Shown here in pieces: positions 48,322-53,924 of a DNA stretch of 53,924 nucleotides. Origin of the DNA: an uncultured SAR324 cluster bacterium (GTDB lineage Bacteria > SAR324 > NAC60-12); NCBI GenBank assembly GCA_902590435.1, contig CACIWU010000004.1, positions 1-53,924 of the forward strand, given 5' to 3'. The position numbers were made by a program, and so were the translations under genes. The notes under the pieces are model-generated. The model was given only the letters and a program-made list of their open reading frames with translations. It was not told the DNA's origin and ran no database searches. Numbering within the stretch: the stretch's first letter is position 1; each line of letters opens with the position of its first letter.

Positions 48322-48654
48322 ATGAAATTAATTACAGGTTATTTAGGTCAAGATTTACAACTTGAAGCGAGCCTTTCAACTAGTGAAAGCCTTCGGATTG
48401 ATTGTACTTACGTGGGAAATATTTCAAGTGAAAACATAATTATTGTTGGAGAATTTGGTAATATAAGAGGAGATATTAAAGCACCTGTAGTTAGAGTTGA
48501 TGGTCAGGTACATGGTAATTTAAAAGCTAGCAAACTAGTGGAACTAATGAAAAATGCAAGAATAAAAGGGAATATTTTCACTCCAGTTGGTGGTTTAGAA
48601 ATGAGAATAGGAAGTAACTTTGAAGGAAATTTTATAATGGATACATCTGGATAA
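48322..48654 (+). CDS. Bactofilin (polymer-forming cytoskeletal protein)
   Basis: LRID, IIVGEFGNIRGDI, VDGQVHGNL, ARIKGNI and FEGN beta-helix pattern. Confidence 0.88.
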   Translation: MKLITGYLGQDLQLEASLSTSESLRIDCTYVGNISSENIIIVGEFGNIRGDIKAPVVRVDGQVHGNLKASKLVELMKNARIKGNIFTPVGGLEMRIGSNFEGNFIMDTSG

Positions 48655-48675
48655 TATTTTTGAAAGACTTGTGAA

Positions 48676-49239
48676 TTAAGCAATGGATTGTTTTTGATTT
48701 GATTTTGGGATGTCCAACACACTAATCTCAGATTCTTTTTTTATGGGAATGTTTGGTGCTAACTTCGACGAATAAGTTTTAGAAGCTGTATTACTTTCTG
48801 CTTGCATTAATTCGGCAAATTTAGGCAATTTTAAAAACTTGAATAATCTTGGTAATTCTTCTTCATTTCTTATTTTTTCTTTAATTATTTCAGGAAGATT
48901 ATCTATATTTTTTAATTCTATACTTTCAGCTTCCGGCTGTTTCAAAAGCATCTTTCTGTCATCTTCTCCCATTAATTCAATTTGATTTTTTACTGCACCA
49001 ACAAATCCATCAACAGCTGCATCTGGTAATTTTTGTTGAAAAATTAAATTTTCGATTCTTGAGAGTACTTTTAAATATTGAGAAGTTTCATTTCTCTCAG
49101 CTCCTTTTACAAAATTTTCATTTTCATGAATTTTTAAGTTGTCTGAATTGTTAATTTTTGAAGAAGTTTTATCATTACCCGCTACTTGTCTCTCCAAGCC
49201 TGATTGTTTTTGAGGAATTGTTTTTGAAGAGACTTGCAT
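48676..49239 (-). CDS. Hypothetical protein
   Basis: 187-aa ORF with low-complexity termini that fills the gap; no recognised motif. Confidence 0.65.
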   Translation of the reverse strand: MQVSSKTIPQKQSGLERQVAGNDKTSSKINNSDNLKIHENENFVKGAERNETSQYLKVLSRIENLIFQQKLPDAAVDGFVGAVKNQIELMGEDDRKMLLKQPEAESIELKNIDNLPEIIKEKIRNEEELPRLFKFLKLPKFAELMQAESNTASKTYSSKLAPNIPIKKESEISVLDIPKSNQKQSIA

Positions 49240-49442
49240 AACTAAATTATTCTTAATAAGATTTTTTAAGATTTTAAAGTTACAATCCCGGCATTCAAGT
49301 ATTGAGCCAATTTTTAAGTTTTTTAATTAAATTCCAGCTTGATTTAAAATCAAATTTTCTTGAATATTAGAATGAGATTTTGATAATTTTTTTGATTCTG
49401 AATTAAACAGTTAAATACAATTTAATAGATTTAAACTAATTT

Positions 49443-50162
49443 ATGCTAATTATTCCAGCTATTGATTTGAGTGAGGGGCGATGTGTTAGGCTAATTCAGG
49501 GTAAAGCCAACTCAGAAACTGTATACTCTAAAAATCCCACTGCCATGGCCATGAAATTTGAACAGGCTGGTGCAAAAAGAATACATTTAGTTGATTTAGA
49601 TGGAGCTTTCAAGGGTAAATCCGTCAACAAAGATTGTATCAGAGCTATAGTTAAAAACGTATCAGTTCCAGTACAAGTGGGAGGAGGAATTCGTAAAGAA
49701 GAAGATATTGAAAGAATGTTTGATCTTGGAGTTAAATCAGTAATTGTAGGAACTTTAGCAGTTAAAAAACCTAAAATTTTGGAAAATTCTATAAAACGTT
49801 ATCCAGGAGAAAAAATTATTCTTGGGATTGATATGCTAAAACGTAAAATTGCAATACAAGGATGGCAAAAAGAAACTTCAATTGATGATGTAGAATTTGC
49901 AAAAAGATGGAGAGAGACTGGTATACAAAGAGTTGTTTTCACAGATATTTCGCGAGATGGCATGCTTAAAGGTACGAATATTTTAGCACTGAAAGATTTT
50001 GCAAATCGTTCTAAATTAAAAGTTGTAGCGTCCGGAGGAATCTCTTCTATTGCCGATCTTAATCAAATTAACCATCTGAAAGATTATGGAGTTGATCAAG
50101 TAATAATTGGAAAAGCTATCTATGAAGGAAAAATCCATCTAGAAGATATATTTGAATGTTAG
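49443..50162 (+). CDS. hisA: ProFAR isomerase
   Basis: IIPAIDL, CVRL.QG, HLVDLDGA, QVGGGIR, TDISRDG and ASGG. Confidence 0.96.
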   Translation: MLIIPAIDLSEGRCVRLIQGKANSETVYSKNPTAMAMKFEQAGAKRIHLVDLDGAFKGKSVNKDCIRAIVKNVSVPVQVGGGIRKEEDIERMFDLGVKSVIVGTLAVKKPKILENSIKRYPGEKIILGIDMLKRKIAIQGWQKETSIDDVEFAKRWRETGIQRVVFTDISRDGMLKGTNILALKDFANRSKLKVVASGGISSIADLNQINHLKDYGVDQVIIGKAIYEGKIHLEDIFEC

Positions 50163-50950
50163 CTCGCAGAATAATTCCATGTCTCGATATTAAGGAGGGA
50201 AGAGTAGTAAAAGGTATCAATTTTTTAAATTTACGTGATGCTGGTGATCCTGTAGAACTTGCACAACGTTACAACAGGCAATCTGCTGACGAACTTGTAT
50301 TTCTTGATATCAATGCGACTAAAGAAAATAGAGGAACAACGATTTCTCTCGCTACTCGTTTGGCACGTGAATTGTTTATACCATTTACTATAGGGGGTGG
50401 AATTTCATCCATCGAGGATATTCAAGCTCTTGTGACTGCTGGGGCAGACAAAGTTTCAATAAATTCGTCAGCTATAAGAAATCCTAATTTAATTACAGAA
50501 GCGGCAAAGCGCTTTGGTTCTCAGTGTATTGTGCTTGCAATTGATGCAAGAAAACGTAATCATATACATCCCAAAAATAAATCTAGCATACAACAATCTA
50601 CTTGGGAAGTATTTAGCCACGGTGGAAGTCGTCCTACAAACATAGAAGCATTGGAATGGGCTAAGGAAATGGAGAATCGTGGTGCAGGAGAAATTTTGCT
50701 AACTAGTATGGATAATGATGGAAAAAAGGATGGATTTGATATAGAATTAACTTCTACTATAAGTGAAAATCTAAATATACCTGTCATTGCATCTGGTGGC
50801 GCAGGATATTTAAAACACTTTAGAGATGCATTCAGCCAAGGGAAAGCAGATGCTGTTCTTGCAGCTTCAGTATTTCACTATGGGAAATATACTGTTTCGC
50901 AGGTTAAAGAATATCTGAGTAAATACGATATACCAGTGCGTATTGTTTAA
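50156..50950 (+). CDS. hisF: Imidazole glycerol phosphate synthase cyclase subunit
   Basis: [43 protein letters not shown] and IASGGAG. Confidence 0.97.
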   Translation: MLARRIIPCLDIKEGRVVKGINFLNLRDAGDPVELAQRYNRQSADELVFLDINATKENRGTTISLATRLARELFIPFTIGGGISSIEDIQALVTAGADKVSINSSAIRNPNLITEAAKRFGSQCIVLAIDARKRNHIHPKNKSSIQQSTWEVFSHGGSRPTNIEALEWAKEMENRGAGEILLTSMDNDGKKDGFDIELTSTISENLNIPVIASGGAGYLKHFRDAFSQGKADAVLAASVFHYGKYTVSQVKEYLSKYDIPVRIV

Positions 50951-50972
50951 AATATATTTTTTAAAATAAATT

Positions 50973-51560
50973 ATGTTTTTAGGTATAAAATACAATAGAT
51001 TACATGAATTTTTTTCATTTATATTATTTGCAATTTTATTTGAAAGTTCTGGTTTTGTTCTAGCAAATGATGAAAGTCACAGTCGAAATGTGAATAAGAG
51101 AGTTCAATCAATTGCTAGTGGTAAATTAAAATTAGATAAATCATCATACTCTGTTGCTAGAGTTAGATTTTCCACACCTAACCCAGAATTGCTTACACCT
51201 CAATCCTCTTCCAAAAACTATGAGACAATATCTCCTAAAACACTCGTAAAGTTAAGATTTTCTCCTCTTTATTATCAGCAAAAAAAGTTTGGTAAGCAAA
51301 TTATACGAGGTACATATGCATCTAACTCAAAAGGACGTGCAAAATCATTTAATGTAGACACTAATGGTGTAAAAAGATTTTGCAACACTAATGCTACTAC
51401 ACATTTTTGTATCAGAGAAGGAGCAAATACTATACGATACATGGGGAACACTCCACGAAAACATGCCAGAAATATTGATTTCAGTGATAAAAACATCTTC
51501 CACAAAAGACAAGAATCAAAAAATTTTGCACAGCAATTATTAAAGCAGTCTAATCGCTAA
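50973..51560 (+). CDS. Hypothetical exported basic protein
   Basis: N-terminal signal-like segment; tightly spaced between hisF and nnr. Confidence 0.65.
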   Translation: MFLGIKYNRLHEFFSFILFAILFESSGFVLANDESHSRNVNKRVQSIASGKLKLDKSSYSVARVRFSTPNPELLTPQSSSKNYETISPKTLVKLRFSPLYYQQKKFGKQIIRGTYASNSKGRAKSFNVDTNGVKRFCNTNATTHFCIREGANTIRYMGNTPRKHARNIDFSDKNIFHKRQESKNFAQQLLKQSNR

Positions 51561-51564
51561 AATA

Positions 51565-53157
51565 ATGCAAAAAAATCATAAAAATTTAATTAGACTAGCA
51601 GACACATTTACAATGCGTGAAATGGACAAACGCGCAATTGAAAAATTTGGGCTCAATGGATTGGTTTTAATGGAAAATGCGGCTCGCAGTGTAGCAGATT
51701 GGCTGGAACGAAATAAATTAAAAAATGAATCTGAAACACTTGTTGTCGTTTGTTGTGGTAAAGGTAACAATGGTGGAGATGGCTTTGCAATCGCAAGACT
51801 TTTGACCAACAGAGGTTATAATGTTTCTGTAGTTGACTCTGGCATAGCAAAAAAACAAAATGCAAGAGAGAACCAAATTATCTGGGAGAAGTTTGGCGAA
51901 AGCGCATCTTTCCCAGATTCAAATGCCACTCGCTTGATAGAAGAAGCAGATGTCCTTATAGATGCTATATTTGGAATTGGGATAGACCAGAATGTTGAGG
52001 GTGCTTACCGAGAATGGATTGAAATTTTCAACCTCAACAAAAAAGCCTTAAAGATTGCTGTTGACATTCCTTCAGGAGTTTCGACTGATGATAGTAAAAT
52101 TTTCGGTATAGCGGCCGAATGTGATCACACTATTACTTTTCAAAAAGGTAAACCTGGTTGTTACCAATATCCAGGGTTGCATTACTGTGGATTTATACAT
52201 ATAGCCGACATATCAGTTCCCGAATATTGGCCCGAATTTAATAATTCGAAAAAAGATGAAGATAACCAAATTATATATCAACCAAAGACATTTTTGTTAA
52301 CTAATAAATTTGTCAGGAATCTATTGCCAAAAAAACTTCCTGATTCCCACAAAGGTTCTTCTGGTAATTTGTTAACTATCTGCGGCTCTATTGGTATGAG
52401 TGGAGCCGCAAGCCTTGCAAGTATGGGAGGACTAAAAAGTGGTGCAGGTGTGGTAAAAGCATGTGTTCCAAATGAATTAAGAGACAACCTTCCAGGTCAA
52501 ACTGGAGAAATTATAACAACTAGTCCAAAAAATGCCTCTGAATATTTTTCTGAAGAACATGCAGATTTCGTCGAACAACTTGCATTAGTTAGTGATGCTG
52601 TTGTTATGGGATGTGGACTAGGAGTCAATTCCCAAACAGCAAAATTTGTTCAAAAACTTTCAAAACATATAAAGGGGCCCTTGCTAATTGACGCAGATGG
52701 ATTAAACAATTTGGAAAAGACTAATCTGTCTGAAAGACTCGATATTTCAATTATAACTCCCCATCCCTTAGAATTATCACGACTCTGTGGAAAAAGTGTT
52801 ACAGAAATCCAAGAAAATAGAATTGCAACAGTTAGGAAATTATCAAGAGAATGGAATGTAGTTTTATTGTTAAAAGGAGCTTATTCAATAATAGGAACTC
52901 CTGAATCAGAAATTTTTATAAATCCTACAGGTAATCATGCTCTTGCGACAGCAGGCTCTGGAGATGTGTTAAGTGGTTTTATTGGAGGTTTTCTCGCACA
53001 GGGGCTCTCACCTTTGAATGCAACTCTTATAGGTTCTTATATTCATGGTCTGGCAGCAGAATGTTTTACTGAAAAAACAAATTCAGACCAAATGGTTGCA
53101 AGTGATCTATTTGAAGGGCTGAAAATGGCAAAGAATTTAATAAAAAATGAAAAGTAA
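51565..53157 (+). CDS. nnr: Bifunctional NAD(P)HX epimerase/dehydratase (NnrE-NnrD)
   Basis: LMENAA, GKGNNGGDG, DAIFGIG, AVDIPSG, SHKG, IDADGL, TPHP.E and ATAGSGDVL. Confidence 0.95.
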   Translation: MQKNHKNLIRLADTFTMREMDKRAIEKFGLNGLVLMENAARSVADWLERNKLKNESETLVVVCCGKGNNGGDGFAIARLLTNRGYNVSVVDSGIAKKQNARENQIIWEKFGESASFPDSNATRLIEEADVLIDAIFGIGIDQNVEGAYREWIEIFNLNKKALKIAVDIPSGVSTDDSKIFGIAAECDHTITFQKGKPGCYQYPGLHYCGFIHIADISVPEYWPEFNNSKKDEDNQIIYQPKTFLLTNKFVRNLLPKKLPDSHKGSSGNLLTICGSIGMSGAASLASMGGLKSGAGVVKACVPNELRDNLPGQTGEIITTSPKNASEYFSEEHADFVEQLALVSDAVVMGCGLGVNSQTAKFVQKLSKHIKGPLLIDADGLNNLEKTNLSERLDISIITPHPLELSRLCGKSVTEIQENRIATVRKLSREWNVVLLLKGAYSIIGTPESEIFINPTGNHALATAGSGDVLSGFIGGFLAQGLSPLNATLIGSYIHGLAAECFTEKTNSDQMVASDLFEGLKMAKNLIKNEK

Positions 53158-53222
53158 TTATAAATTAAATAGTTATTTTTTTGACAAAATCTATTTTAAA
53201 AAAATTAATTATAAAAAATATT

Positions 53223-53924
53223 ATGTCTCTTGAATCTAATACTTCTGAACTACATTTATTAGGAAGCCAGAATTTTTTGCATCCTTTCACTGATCCTAAA
53301 TCAATACTTAAAGATGGCTCAAGAATAATTTCTCGAGCAGAAGGTATATATCTTTGGGATTCAGAAGGGGAAAAAATACTCGATGCAATGGCTGGACTTT
53401 GGTGTGTCAATGTTGGTTATGGTCGAGAAAAACTTGCAAAAGTAGCATTCGAACAATTAAGAATCTTGCCTTATTATAACAGTTTTTTCAAAACAACAAC
53501 ACCACCAACAATTTCTCTCTCAAAGAAATTAGTTGAAATTACACCTGAAAACTTCAACCATGCTTTTTTTACAAACTCTGGTTCAGAAGCAAATGACACA
53601 GTAATCAGGACAGCAAGAAGATATTGGCGTTTATTAAACAAACCTAAAAGGCGAGTGATTATAAGTCGTAAGGAAGCCTATCATGGAAGCACTATAGCTG
53701 CTGCTAGTTTGGGTGGACAAAGTTTTGCTCACGAAATGGATGGGCTTCCAATTCCGGACATTGTTCATATAGACTGTCCATATTGGTATAGACAAGGAGG
53801 AGATTTAACTCCTGAAGAGTTTGGAATTAAAAACGCACAAAATTTGGAAAAAAAAATTAATGAAATAGGATCAGAAAACGTTGCTGCATTTATTGGAGAA
53901 CCAATTCAAGGGGCAGGAGGATTG
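53223..53924 (+). CDS. Class III (omega-amine:pyruvate, SpuC-like) aminotransferase, 3'-truncated by the window edge; absent from the ORF track
   Basis: MSLESN...FLHPFT...DAMAGLWCVNVGYGR...LPYYNSFF...TNSGSEAND...AYHGST...AFIGEPIQGAGG; open to the window end. Confidence 0.92.
   Translation, partial: MSLESNTSELHLLGSQNFLHPFTDPKSILKDGSRIISRAEGIYLWDSEGEKILDAMAGLWCVNVGYGREKLAKVAFEQLRILPYYNSFFKTTTPPTISLSKKLVEITPENFNHAFFTNSGSEANDTVIRTARRYWRLLNKPKRRVIISRKEAYHGSTIAAASLGGQSFAHEMDGLPIPDIVHIDCPYWYRQGGDLTPEEFGIKNAQNLEKKINEIGSENVAAFIGEPIQGAGGL

Noticed and set aside
53165-53410. 81-aa minus-strand ORF from the track
   Set aside because: It is antisense to the clear class III aminotransferase starting at 53223.
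1-53924. tRNA, rRNA, riboswitch, IS/integrase, prophage or defence genes
   Set aside because: None was recognised. The intergenic gaps are short and very AT-rich, but a covariance-model scan would be needed to exclude small RNAs.

Overview
AT-rich, gene-dense bacterial chromosomal segment. It is Gram-negative (kdsB, outer-membrane proteins), and its gene content is most consistent with a marine SAR324-like deltaproteobacterium, which is an inference only. The left ~14.7 kb is a methylated-amine (C1-N) locus. It holds a partial amt, a canonical-looking gmaS (GlnT type) and a divergently transcribed TMAO demethylase tdm. Behind tdm lie a second, divergent gamma-glutamyl ligase, a divergent glxBCD/mgsABC-like set that keeps an Fe-S cysteine motif, and an unknown 126-aa protein; a stand-alone sarcosine-oxidase-beta-like flavoprotein lies nearby. 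The best candidate for an undescribed system is this tdm-linked second ligase plus Mgs-like paralog set, which could be an oxygenase-independent, glutamate-mediated route for dimethylamine (hypothesis). At ~17.3-17.7 kb there is an apparent deletion scar joining the 3' stubs of two divergent genes, an MMPL-like transporter and isocitrate lyase. The rest is mostly housekeeping: a Gld-type ABC system, FAAL-ACP, rluD, gltX, rodA, tatB, kdsB, prfB with its +1 frameshift (CTT-TGA-A variant), yajQ with an out-of-frame C-terminus, an S41 protease, hflX, Asp-type murA, a HelD-like ATPase, bactofilin, hisA/hisF, nnr and a partial class III aminotransferase. I recognised no tRNA, rRNA, CRISPR array or mobile element. 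All calls come from motif recognition; no database searches were run.
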